The notes under the pieces: model-generated | Databases searched by the model: none | Seen by the model: only the letters and a program-made list of their open reading frames with translations | Told to the model about the DNA's origin: nothing | Origin: Ramazzottius varieornatus | Taxonomy: Eukaryota > Animalia > Tardigrada | DNA: 64,000 nucleotides | Direction of reading: 5' to 3' | Assembly (NCBI GenBank): GCA_001949185.1 | Contig: BDGG01000006.1 | Location: 664,827-728,826, forward strand | Part shown: positions 12,076 through 24,661 of the stretch, piece after piece | How positions within the stretch are numbered: the stretch's first letter is position 1 | How the letters are laid out: every line of letters begins with the position of its first letter | Program-made: the position numbers and the translations under genes

Positions 12076-13576
12076 CTCTTCCTGCCTGTACGGTAGTTGC
12101 ATCCGTGTTAGCTCGGACTGCCGTTAATATGTGAGCGTAAAGTACTGTGCTGCAGTCGTGATCAAGAAAATTAGTAACTGGCATGCGGCTGAATAAGGAT
12201 TAAGGAGGACACTGTTACTTACTGCATCAGAGTCAAGAATCAGAAGCTCAGAGGAAAAGTTTGATTGTAAACTGGACCAGAAACTGCGGGGACCTAAGAC
12301 TGTATTTATATGTCATCTTCCTCACACGAGCTCAATGATCAACTAGAAGCGGAACTCAGAATACTCTTCGGCCTCGTCTGCAGAAACGGACAAACCAAGC
12401 ACGCATGGTTTCTAATTACGACTTAACGGCTAGACAAACTAAATTCAATGAAGGTGTGGCGCACTGCGGCGCGTGCTTTCAGCAACGGGGTCACTGCAGA
12501 TGCACGTGACGATCAACATTTTTCCTATCCTTAGAGAAGGACAAATTAGTTACAGTTAGTGTGTCATCTGATATGAATACGACACGTGTCAATTATCAAA
12601 CTAATCAACAGAAAGTATCATGTTCTAGGTTTTGCAGAAGGTGTCCGATTCTCCGTTTATACGGTATACAGCGTACAAAGTCCATCACTACCGGTGTAAA
12701 TTTTTTGAATACTTTATTGGTTTGTAAGTCACACACGGGTACTGCAGTCTCGTCAGGAGAACAACTGCTATTGAAGAAATTGAACCTGCAGGGATGCATT
12801 CTGTACATTGGGTTATTGATGCCCTTTTTGTCATACCGTGCGCAAAGTCCTCTGACTGGACAAAGCCAGATGTAACTGCACCATTTTATGGTATCTTGAG
12901 CAGTGCTATAGCTGCAGTGAAGAATCGCATAAGTCAAGATTTTGTAAGATTAAATAAGATCGGGGATTTGCTCCTTGCTCTTATATTTCATATCCATACA
13001 GTAGGACATTTGGGTATCGGCGACCCAATTTGCAGCCCAACCTTTTCAATTCCGAACGACCCTTTTTCGACATGAAGTTATGGACGATGTCGAAGGGCAC
13101 CACTTGGTTAGTATGCCGTACCTCGCCGTGGCTCAAAGTCTCACAAAACTGTGCCCCCTTTGGGCAGATTTTCCCGCAAATTCCGGGGGTGATTACCAGC
13201 TGAGATAAGCCCCACATGGGGTTTTGCGTCCGAACAGATGCATGCGCCTTCTAACGCTTCATGACGTCACTGGGACACCAAAACTTTTTCATTCACAATT
13301 TCGAGCCCCTTCAGATTTTTTCTCACATAGCCACGTAACCACTGGTCAGACGGCCGAATGAACCCCTGTACTGTACTCCTCGAACTCTGTTACACCAGAT
13401 TGCATCAGCAGTTTAACTTTGCTGTTGGGGCCCCAGAACTTTAAAGTCGATTCCTGAACTATTTGCCTGCAGAGCGCCGATACCCCTTTATCGGCAGCTT
13501 TCGAAATAGCCGAGATGTAAGCAGAGATACAGGAACGACAGTGCAAAATTTTACAGAGCTTCTGTCGTTTCACCAT

Positions 13577-16500
13577 TCATTTCACTGTGAGTATAGAAGC
13601 TTCGGGTATTGTGTTGTGGGTATGGACTGTGTACTCTTTATCCGAGAGGCGACGCTGCTTCTTCTGCTTCATGCCAGCGGTCCTCAAGGAATCATCCAAT
13701 AACCACCAAGGTCCAGTGTTTGTGCCCGCTTTTCTGATGAGAAACCTAGTGGTTTGAGCAACCGTCAAACCTTTATTCCTTTACGGTAATAAGTGTAAAG
13801 ACACGACAAGAAATTATAGGCCAGTCAAAATTATGGACCAGGCTGTCTCACTACGGCGGTACGGAAGCATATACGTACGCGACTAATTCACACTAACACA
13901 ATTTTCGACACTTTTCCACGGTCCAATTTGTATTGTGCCGTCTTTTCTGCCTGGCCCATAATTCGTACTAGCCCCTAATTTCTCGTTGTGCGTATACTGC
14001 TGACCGATTGATGTAGATGGCAGCAGTCAAGATGACAGCCATAACACCGGCTAATGCCCCAATCAATGCAAAGTGCCTCCTATCTGCAGAACCCGCTCGT
14101 TGTTTTCGATACAGGGGATATTTGCCTGGGGCAAAAAGAGGGAGTACCTTGTTCTTGACATAGCTCATGATGGTAGCCGCATACGGGCACGACCGGTGGT
14201 GGGAAGGTTCCTCTTGGCCAAGTCACATTCCGACAGTCGGAACACTGCTCCAGTCGACCGGACAGGGCATCGTACTTTAGTACGGGCTAGCAATTCCAAC
14301 AACGGCTACAATCCAAAGTGAACCAGTAAACCACATAAACCGAGCTATGCGTACAAGAAAGCGTGATGTATCCGGGTCGAACTGTTTGATCCAAATGTGA
14401 GCCACAGGATAGCCCACTTCAGTGGTTTCCCTGTCTCGAGATGGTAGGCGGAAAGTACGGCTCCAGAAGCGCTTGGCGAAGTCTCGTCCGGATAAGTGCT
14501 CGAGTTCTCCGTAGCTCTCATTCAAAACCTAGCAAAGGCTGGACTGATTAATCGCAACAAGCGCGCGGTATGTATTATATATGCTGTGGCGCAGCGGAAA
14601 ACGAGATGCCGTACTCGGCAAACTACCCTGACCGTTTCGTAAGCGGACAGCGACAAGAGATTATGGCGGAACTGAGGATAGATGGTCCAGTTGTAGGCAG
14701 ATATAGCGCGTTGTGCAATTTCATTGACCATTTCTTCCATTGCTGCCCAGTTTACATCAACGAAAGATACAATCAAGCAGTATGGCAAGATAGTCTTCAA
14801 TTCAGCCGAGACCTGCAACTATACTATAAGTTTAAACGCAGGTAAAGTCGCTGACTGTGGCAGATGGCGCTGGCCCCGCCGAGCCGCTCATGCAAGCACA
14901 AACCATGCTGGCCCACATTGGTTTTCCATGGTAGCTCTTCGAACTGGACGAAGACGGTCAGCGGAAGTAAAATGAGCACCTACGATACACCGAAGACACG
15001 ATTCGGCGACTGAAAAACCAGTTCAAACTGAACCCCCAAAAATGATACCCTCCGCGTTGAATTGCTCTACTTTCACAATAAAAGAAAGCGCCGGTAAATT
15101 AAGCATCTTACGTAGTCGCCGGTCGCAAGACCCATGTTTGCCGATACTTCCTGAAATTCATACTGTACTATTTACAGTTGGTGGGGAACCAAAGTTTGTT
15201 CAGTGTGGGTTTGGTACCATCGGACGTTCGCGAACGCTTATAATTATGGTATAATGAATTTGGACGTACCATGGCCGCTTTGTAAGCCGCCGGACTCGTT
15301 GCAAGCGCAATGACTAAATAAATGCCCCAAGTCTAGCAAGCGAATGTAGTCTTGATTGGAATTAGCAAAAGCGCTGAAGGATACGGACGTACTTGAGCTG
15401 TAACCGATGCATTTCTCCAGCATTGGTCGAATGGTTTCGTTTCTGGACGAATCGAACTTGACCACCAACATGTTGATATCCCCAGATCGCATAACTTTCA
15501 GCCGGAAGGACTGTTGGACGGTAAGGCAAAATATGTCGAGGATGAAGGTGATGGGCTCCTTCTTGTTCTCATCACAGACCAAGGTGAATTTGGTCCATCT
15601 GTACAGCTTCATCACTTCGAGCAGGCTCCAGATGATGTTGTCGAACCCGTTAGAGAACCAGGGCACCGTCGTCGGGAACCGCCGCTTGTCATTGTGTAGG
15701 GTCAATGACGACGTGCTGACAGCAACATCTTCTCATTACGCCGTGCACGATGAGGTAAAAGTAGCGGACTTGTCCATGTGGAATCGTATGGGTACTGCCC
15801 ACCTTACATCCTCATCCGCTGACCATATTTCAATATTTTCTGGTTTACGCGATAGGGAACAGACCTTTATTTACCTACGTATTAATGTTGTCAAACATGG
15901 TAGACACGAAAGAAGAGCGGATTTCCTGAGAAACATCTGCTGGCACGAGGGACAGTCATCACAATGTTGAAGAGTCTCTTTTCGAAAACTCCGCCGATTT
16001 TACCATTGTCGACAAAGTGTTGGCAAAATGCCGATCAATCAATCGATACTCGAGGGCGGGCTCAAGAGGTGGTGCAATCAAAAGCCTTGATTGCCGTTTT
16101 CGGTGCGGTCAGCTGTTCGGCTCGTAAGCGACACCAGGTATTTCTTCACTCTGCCGGTTTCTTCCCGTGATATTTCATGCGATAGTTTAGCCACCTTTGT
16201 GGATGTGCTTTTGTAACAGGAGTTCTAGGATGAGACGCGGAACCAGAGTGAGTGACGATGTTGTGAAGGCCGTGAGGAGGATGAGAGATGACAACGTCAG
16301 CTGGACAAAGATCGGGAAATATTTTGGACACTCGCCGGGCTGGGGAATGACGCTGCTCAGCCGTCGGCGTCTGTGATTGTATGGCTGTGATTTCAGTAAA
16401 GTGTAATCAAGGCTTTTGATTGTACCGCCTCATGAGCCCGCCCTCGAGTATCGATTGACTGATTAGCCATTTTCCCAACCATTGGTCGGCAATAGTAATC

Positions 16501-17199
16501 AAATTCAAAATTACGGCACACATGTATGTGTAAAATTTTCAGGACGGACAACTTCATCATGCGATTTTACAAGGACAAGTCCGGCTACTTTGACCTCGTG
16601 CTTCGAAGCTATCATTAACTTTCCGATGAATACCTCAGAAAGACGTTGACGTCTTCTTCTGCAAAATACAAGACAATGCAGGCGCAGAAAGAAAGCTACT
16701 GTAGCAAATTTCGCCGTTGTCGTACCTCGAGCAAAGTCCCCCAAGACGATCCCTTCGAAACCGCATGCTGCGATGAGAGGGAGTACCAAAATGTTAGCAC
16801 AGAGTACGAGCTCGTTCGTCGATAAAGCTGAGTAAAGAGCCCACCTGGCGAAACAATAACTCTGAACCCCTGCAATCCGCCCGTTCTTACGGAGAGGGGT
16901 AGTTTGTCGTCGTAGAGAGCTCCCAAGCTGGTAACGGCCTCGGCGGCGGCCTCTTGACATGTCATCAACCCGGGCACAAAATAATGGGTCACGGTAAAGT
17001 TCTGGAAGATCTGAGGATAAAGCTTTCTGGAATGCTCAAGAGCCACATCGTAAGCTGCTCCAGCAATCTCGTAGCCCATGTTGTGTCGACCTCCGCCCAT
17101 GGCCATCTCGATGAAGTGTATGTTCAGCGCACCCGTAACATTCAATCTAGCCGTAACGACAAACACCAACAATAGAGATAGAAACTCATCATGTCGCAT
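13577..17199 (-). CDS. ANF-receptor/periplasmic-binding-fold single-pass receptor without kinase or cyclase (receptor 1), possibly disrupted
   Basis: Signal peptide; AYDVAL; SPG|CGFEGIVLGDFAR; DKRRFPT; YRWTKFTLVCD; SGRDFAKRFWSRTFRL; WPRGTFPPPVVPVCG; TM FALIGALAGVMAVILTAAIYI; short tail with WWLLDD. A ~0.9-kb insertion lies at or in exon 3. Confidence 0.75.
13829..13962. mobile_element. MITE, copy 2 (in last intron of receptor 1)
   Basis: AATTATGGACCAGGC ... GCCTGGCCCATAATT; interior similar to 11930-12075. Confidence 0.7.
16003..16495. mobile_element. TA-flanked MITE (CCATTG TIR family), nested in an older insertion
   Basis: ~90-bp inverted arms containing ATCGATACTCGAGGGCGGGCTCA and CAATCAAAAGCCTTGATT. 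TA at both ends. Related to 56108-56590. Confidence 0.8.
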
Positions 17200-18299
17200 G
17201 TTTCCCAATTCCCATGCATATGATTACGCGCTATTCGCATACGCTGAAGTCCAGGTGGGAAGAAACTCACGGGAAAGTCTGATCCTGATCGATGCGCATC
17301 AAGGTACGGTTTCCGCTGAGAGCCAACGCCGATCAACTACAGTACTATCCGGCTATCAGGGAACCGACAGCTCTGCAGTAATCCGATTGTTTGATGGGCG
17401 GAAGATACCTGCTAATCTGCTTACAGTGCCTTACGCGGCAAGGCATTAACCCTGAGTTTATTACCTAATTAGCAAGCCTGTGACGAAAGTACTTTACCGT
17501 ACCGCAATTCAGGCTAGATCGACCCGGCTATCTACTACCGCGAGGTACTGTCACTCCCTCGATCAAGTGGATGAGTGTTTCACTGAAGCTGTATCCTCGG
17601 AACTGGCAGGAACAGTCAAACAACCAGATTTCGTTTTTGTCGATGAAGCAAGTAATCCCCTATGAAACCCTCAGTCTTTTCTGGGTCGCGGTGTGCTGTA
17701 AAACGGCGGTGCCCCCCTCCCACTTGCAACCGTAAAATAAAACTCGGGGTCCTCACTCTGTCGAAAGAAACGAAATTTGGTGTCATAGGCAGTTTCACAG
17801 TGTTCTGAAGGAAAAGTTGTGGTCAGAAAGACAGAACGGACATGAGATGTGAAATTGAAGTATAAAATTGAAGTGCCACCTCGATCAACTGAAGTGCCAG
17901 CACGAGGAAGCGTCCGGATGATGACAGGAATGGCCCTACTGTTTCCCCCCATGCCCGTGCCCAAATTCACATCTTACATCCATCATTATTCCATCGTTAT
18001 TGCTTCGCAACGTTTCTGGAAGCTACATCTATCTGAATCAAACTTTGGAAGATAGGAGAGCGTCGCTGGTTTTCTTTTGTACAAGTTCAAAATCCGTTCA
18101 ATTTAGACGATTTACCCTGGACCAACCACGTTTACTTGAATCGCTGAAAGTTTTACAACAGTTTGTAGCAGTGCAATTTTGTTACTATGTGGTTAGACTA
18201 CTCAGCCAACATCAGCAGTCTTTCCTCCGGTGCTCGGTTAACTCGGTATAACGCACGCGATCATCGGTTCGCTTCACGGTATAAGTTTAGTAGCGCTAA

Positions 18300-18570
18300 T
18301 CGCTCCTGCGTTATGTCTTGTCGCGTTGGCCACGACACCTCCCCTGCCTACTACCTCATTAGCACCTGTCTCTCGGACTTGATGCTGGTAATCTGTCAAA
18401 TACTCGCTGTTATCGAGGCCTACTACGGATATTGATCTCAGCGTACTCACCTGCGGCTCTAACCTGTTCACGCTCTTCTGGGCTACTGGAATTCATCCCA
18501 GCGTTTACATGACTGTAATCTCCAGCTGGGCCTTGTTTTTCCCCTTTACACTATCGCTCGCATAAAAGAA
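18300..18570 (+). pseudogene. Possible rhodopsin-family GPCR relic (TM2-TM3)
   Basis: YYLISTCLSDLMLVI resembles TM2 (LxxxD). GIHPSVYMTVIS in another frame resembles TM3. Stops and frameshifts present. Confidence 0.3.
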
Positions 18571-18776
18571 CAAGATGAAAGCGGTCTTTATCACTAAGTG
18601 TGTTTGGACCAATCTACTGCCTCGACTGATGGCAAGCCGCTCGACATGTTTACTTTGGTATAGAACTGACAAGTAAACTCGAATAATTCATTTTTGGTTT
18701 TTACTTGATGGAGCACGTATGCATACGGCATGGGACCTTGACAGAATATTAAAGTACAAGAGGTGATCAAAGTCAG

Positions 18777-21579
18777 CTAGAATATAGCTTTGATACTAGG
18801 TTGGCGTATGAGTGAAAAGTTAGATCTAGGATTGGGTAGTACAGCATCCTTCGGGAAATGGCCGATAAAGTCCTGTAGATGTCGGTGGGGTCCATTGAGC
18901 TATTGTGTTTCGGTATGTCTCTGTCAGTGGCGAACGGGTAAGAATTGACTCACCAAGTCCATTGGAATGGGAAAGATAATGGTCGAGTTCTTTTCGGCGG
19001 AGATGGTGTTGAGTGTCTGCAGGTAGCGCAGCTGCAGCGCCGCCGGTGAATCGGCGATAATGTCAGCGGCCTCTTTCAACGCCCGTGCAGCCTTCTGTTC
19101 ACCTTCCGCGGCGATAACCTACAACAGGCACCCATCACCAGCTCATTCTGCTACACAGGCAGAAAAACCCCAGCACAACATGGCTATAGTGACACCAAAT
19201 AAATGGGGGAGGGGACGCACTTTGGCGCGTGCTTCGCGTCCAGCTTCCGCTTCAGCCGCCATAGCTCGTTGCAGTTGTACAGGTAGTCGAACATCCTTCC
19301 TGTGGGGATAAAATGCACAAATCATGGAGAATTTCTTACGACAACCCGCTTGCGGCGGCCGGTAGGAAGCCTGGAAAAGAAACGTGGAAAGAATGGCGAG
19401 TGGGGCTTACACTTCCACCCGCTCAACCTTGATACCCCACTGCTCGGTGGATTCGTCCAGCGACACGGACACTGCAGCGCTGATGATCTCTCTGAAGGAA
19501 GAAAGGAAGAAAGGCTAGACTTATCACAGCTCTACGACTGGGCAAGATAATCGGGTACCAAACCTCGTCCTACCTGTCCGAGAGTAGTTCGTGCAGCGCC
19601 TTGGTGCCCAAAACATTTCGTAGAGTAGTCTGCAAAAATAAACATTCTTGATCTTTCTTTGCTCGAACGATCATACCGATGTCTGCCAACATTGGACCAT
19701 TTTGTTTCAGTCTGCAAAGTGTGCCTACTTGAGCAAGAAGTCTGGTGGAATGGTGCACGTTCTCCACGTTAGCCACCTGCGAAATGAGAACTGTGTGCTG
19801 ATTGGACCCGGAAGTAGCCCAAATGGTACGTACGGATAAGGCTGCATTGAAGATCCGGTAATAGACCACTGTAAGTAATTACACAGAAATCGTTATATGG
19901 AGTTGAAGAAAACGGTATCGTTTTCACACGAGGAGGAAACGAAGGGCAGTCGTACCGGCATCTACAGACACCGTGACCTACAAGAAAGCAGAAGGGTTGG
20001 GATTCAGTGACAGCAAGGACCTGACTTCATCCCGTTACTAAAATGGATATGTTATTTCGGCGTGATTAAGGTCCTCGGGGAGATCTGCAGATGAAACACT
20101 TACCGAATCTTTTGTCAGGATCTCCTGTGGTGGAATATCAAACAAGGTACTCCTGCAAAATTAACCACTCAGAGTTCTATCGTAGAAAATAGACGAGAAA
20201 AGAAGGAAGTCTACAATTCCTTCGTACCGAATGTCCACTTTGGTATAGTTTTCTGGAAAACAGTAAACTCTAGTCGCCATTTGGTTAAAGAATTTGAAAA
20301 AATATCCAGGGATGAAGATGGTGTGGATCTCTTTTTACCGATGCAAGGCAAGACGAAGAATATTCCGGGTCCTGACAAATTCACGGAAGAAATCTCAGTA
20401 TCGATCACGATAAATCCGAAGCTTAAAAGTTTTTGTCCGCTTAAGCCATCTGAATTAGATTGGTTTTTCTCACCCTTTGAGCCGCCATGTCGTAATCGAC
20501 CCAGTCTGAAAATAACCGCTCGCTCGTACTCTTGAACAACCTGAAACCACGAGAGAAGATAACTGCTAGTCAACCTCAATGAAAACATTGGGTATACTAA
20601 AAATAGCTTCGTTCAGTTTGCTAGCTTCCCGGTTTGCATTACTCAGTGACGCGTGCGCAATGAGACTGTTTTGTCTAAGCCTACTACGATAAATGATTCT
20701 ATTCCTGACAGTTTCCACTGATGAGGTTGTTGGAGATTCGAGTGATGTGAAGGATCAAATGAGCAAACAAAATAAAGGACAGCTGGGAGAATTTTGGCTG
20801 ACGTAAATGTTTCCGTACCTTGAAGCAGATGCACAGCGAGAAGGGTAATGTAGCGAAGACTAGCAACCACGACAAGACCGTCAAGATCATGGCACATATT
20901 CCCTCATCGGCATTCTCTTCATCTGCAACAGCAAGAAGAAATCACAAGCCTTAACGTTGTCTTGTCATTCTCCCACTCTAATCTTCAAGTGCACTATCGA
21001 TCCGCCGGAAAGAAAGCGTGTCACTTGCGATTCCAACTCAAAGTTGTATAGTGAGTGAAACGAAAAACAAAAGACCGGCGAAAAATGATCAGCCATGACA
21101 TTTTTCTACGATATTCCCAAAACGTAATTTTCCACAAGCCTAAGAAATGTCGTAGTGAAATGTCAAGGCTAATCGTTCCATAATTGTTGTTCACAAATGG
21201 AACGTCTGCATTCTTCCAAGTGGCGCAAACTTTCAGCCGATAACAACGTAGACGTGCGCCACTCAAGATGCGTATGACGTTCAGTTCATTTGCCAACGTC
21301 TCAAGTATTCCTAGCTAATCGTGGGCCAAAAACCCTTAATCGTTTAGGAATGTATCTCTCACCTTGTTTGGGGATGTTGATGTCCGGGTTGTAATGTTGC
21401 ATCGACGATCTCTGCGGTGTAGGTCGCAGTTCCATTCTCTCCGACGAGTTATTGTCCATGGCCAAGTCGTGGGGACTCTGATTCTGGCGCGATAAATGTA
21501 GCGCGCCATGTTGTGGATTGAGCATGTGTGTACCTGCGTAGTAATCGCGCTCACGATGTCCGGAATATCCAGGGTCCAT
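18777..21579 (-). CDS. mec-2: Stomatin / MEC-2-like band-7 protein, about 14 exons
   Basis: [117 protein letters not shown]. The last-exon acceptor is uncertain. Confidence 0.93.
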
Positions 21580-22283
21580 ACTAAAATCGTATACGCTACA
21601 CTGCCACCAGTCAACGGAGAAGACAGACGTTCACAAGGCTATCGCGGTGCAAGAGATAATAAAAGCTGGGCCGCACACTGACGAATTCAAACAAGCTTCC
21701 CTGTCGTTCGATAAATAAATCCCCCTTGAGCTTATATGCAACCGCATGTTGTCATAGCTGTGACGCAGACAACTGAACTCTAGCTTGTCGCTGCACACTA
21801 CCGGGATAATATCTCAAAGCTCGACAGAAATGTTCCATCTGGTTCGAGCTGAAGTGGGCCATGTTGCCGCTCTCCCGCGTCATTGCTGCACGATGCCGGG
21901 AATGCAGCGTACATTCCGTGACGAAATCGATTCGCTTATTGGATCCTCTCACAAAGAGCTTGCTATAAGCCCTCCTTCTAAAGAAAATCGGTGTAATTAT
22001 CGCCATATGAGCAAAAGAATGCCACCGGTTCGTCCGGAGCGAATTCAATCTTATCCGTACGTGCCAGACTTCTGAAGTCATAAGAGTGCTGTGAAGTCAT
22101 GTTTCATGAGATCATCTCCACGTATGTCATAAAAGCCGCACAGTTATCCGACCTTGTCGCGACCAACGTCATGTTTGCTGCATAGGCGGTCAGACTGATG
22201 TCAAATGAAGCTTTCTGAACAAAAAAATAAAGACTTTGAGCACTGGGAATTCTTGTAAATTTTTGTTAAAGATCTCTCGTGGT

Positions 22284-23704
22284 CTATTGAATGGAGCATG
22301 CGTCCTCCTTAGGAGCTCGTGGTCCGTCAATACTCGGTGGCCACTCAAAGCCATCAGGATCTCCAAAAAGCCCTTCCATGAACACCCGGTAGCCAATGAC
22401 GTAGCACTCGGGAGTGGGGACATTGCCGCTGTCTTTCTGATGGTGGTACATGTCACGAGTACACATGACGTCCAAGCCGTACTTCCCTTCTGCTCCCGTG
22501 AAGGCTTTGTACGCCACTGTTTCCACCGAAATGATATTGGCCCCGGTAAACGAAGTCCATTTCTCGAGACGTGCCAACAAGTCTTTTTTAGGTTCAAACG
22601 GCGAGCCACGGTTGAAAAAGCCGCGCTGGACCAAGGCTGGTAGGAACAGCTTGCAAGTAATGCGCGGTATCACCGAAGGATACAGCGGTGGGCCATCGTC
22701 CTCGTTCAAGATGGCCGTGAAGAACACTCGTATGAAACGAAGGTGGTAGTGCCCCCATGCTGGTCTTCTGTGGACCTTCTTGTAGGTGGAATGGCAATCA
22801 TACTGGCCATACTCGTCGGTCCTGGTCGAATACGACTTGATGTTGAGAATGCGGGAATTCTCCGGCATCGACTCCTTCTAATGGCAAAAATAACGCGGTT
22901 GGTTTTAGTTTTAATTTAAACTTGATCCAACGTGGCAGTCCAGTGTCAACTGCCATCTCAACTCACCCAACTGTTCACATATTCCATTACTCTGCCATGT
23001 CGTTCCACACTGCCTTTGTGCAATCTCATGTATTCTTTCCCGCTAATGAGGGTCACGCACTTCTCCAGATTCAGTTCCGGCACGAAGGTCGCCAGCCCTA
23101 CCGAAACACGACTCCTTGCCTGGGGGTCGCATTCATACCATACTCTCAAGAAGGTCATGACTGCATCGCTTTGCGGTTTGGGATTTCCAGTGGCCGCATC
23201 GGGATCCAGTAGCTCACAGAGTTTTACACCGCGCACTTCGATGGCCTCCACCGCTAACAATCGTCCAGCCAACGGTTGGCTGGCTAGCTGGTTAGTCAGC
23301 TTCTGTGTCAGGCTGTCCATCGTATCTTGCACCGGCGATTCCTTTCCACACTTCGGCAGGACGTGAAAGTAGCCGATTTGAACGGGCAACGCTTCCTTCG
23401 ATTTCTTGTCATCGTTGGAATTGGATGACGTGAACCAGAGACGTAGACCGTCGACGTAGTACCAGTCAATCTCACTGCCGCTTTGGGTGAAGGACATACA
23501 GTTGGCTTTCATCAGCTGGCCCTTCTTCACACGGTGACGGATGGTCTCGCATGACTTGATGGTGATACTGCGCTTTTCAGCTAGGAAAAAGTTGGCTTTG
23601 CCAACGACAACGCTGAACCGTTCGAAAGTCGGCGCCGTCAAGAAAGAGCCCCGTTCCAGACATTCGGGGATGAAGTCTTGCTGTATCAAGCCAGAGCTCA
23701 TCAT
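22284..23704 (-). CDS. Uncharacterised four-repeat protein with C-terminal CaaX (CSIQ), 2 exons
   Basis: ORFs 22958..23704 and 22284..22868 join in frame across a GTGAGT..TAG intron (22966-22878). Repeated F(I/V/L)P...ET(I/V)...(L/I/Y)R(V/L)(W/F)(F/Y) unit. Confidence 0.8.
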
Positions 23705-24661
23705 ATATGGAAAGTAACAGTAGCAACAACCGTAGCAGATGACTGTGCTAGGTTGAAGCTAGCGTGGAACGTTTTTAGATTTGTGAGCACTACTTCTGAG
23801 TACGAAGTGTGTGATTATAGTCGGTTTTCATGTGAGCTGTCAGCTGTAGGTAAAATAACTCAGATATGACCTATGACGTCAGGCAATTCATTTTATTGAG
23901 AGATCGCGAGCGAGCTCAGCTTTGGCTTCCACGACGTCAAGATTGTGTTTTATTAGTCACCGTCATCTAACTAAAAAAGCGCCGACTGACGACATAATGA
24001 CGTCGGACCTCCACGACGGAGCTCCCCGCAATCGCTCTGCCCACGGCTCGATATCGCTTGATGAGGAGGAAACAATAGCCACCTATCGCAAGCTCATAAA
24101 CAAAGCAAGTCGGATAAAGTTCGAAGCTCGTACCGTCTTAGACAAACATTATGAATTATTATGGGGAGATTAGCAAACGAAAATTGCAAGACTTTCATCC
24201 CAAGTAGCGCAAGGTGTCACTGCAGGTAGCTGGCAACTTGCACCACATGAATTCATCGTCATAAGTGACGCAGAATCTCATTGTTATTGGCTGGATGCGT
24301 GCGCCACTTTAGGTAATGATCTTGCACGTCTCGTTTGCCGGCCTCCCTCTTGTTAGTCTTTGGTTTTATTTCCCGCTCAGGAATATTTGTTCACTCAAAC
24401 ACACAGTAAATAAAACAAAAAAGTTTCGACTGTTGTACATCGGAAAGAAAAAACACTCTGCGAGAAGCTAATAAAAAATTCACACACATCACTGAACTAT
24501 GATTATTTCAGCTTGGTGTGGAAGATAATTTTCATTCACGAAAAAAGCACCGAAACCAGAAAAGACTCTAATTCAGAACTAGCGTTAGCGAAAAACCTCT
24601 TCTGTTCGGCAAGTACAAAAAAGAGAGTTGTAAAACTCACGCACACCTTCCTCCTCTACTG

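Noticed and set aside
12561-13217. Cys-containing ORFs on both strands
   Set aside because: No family recognised and no convincing exon chain.
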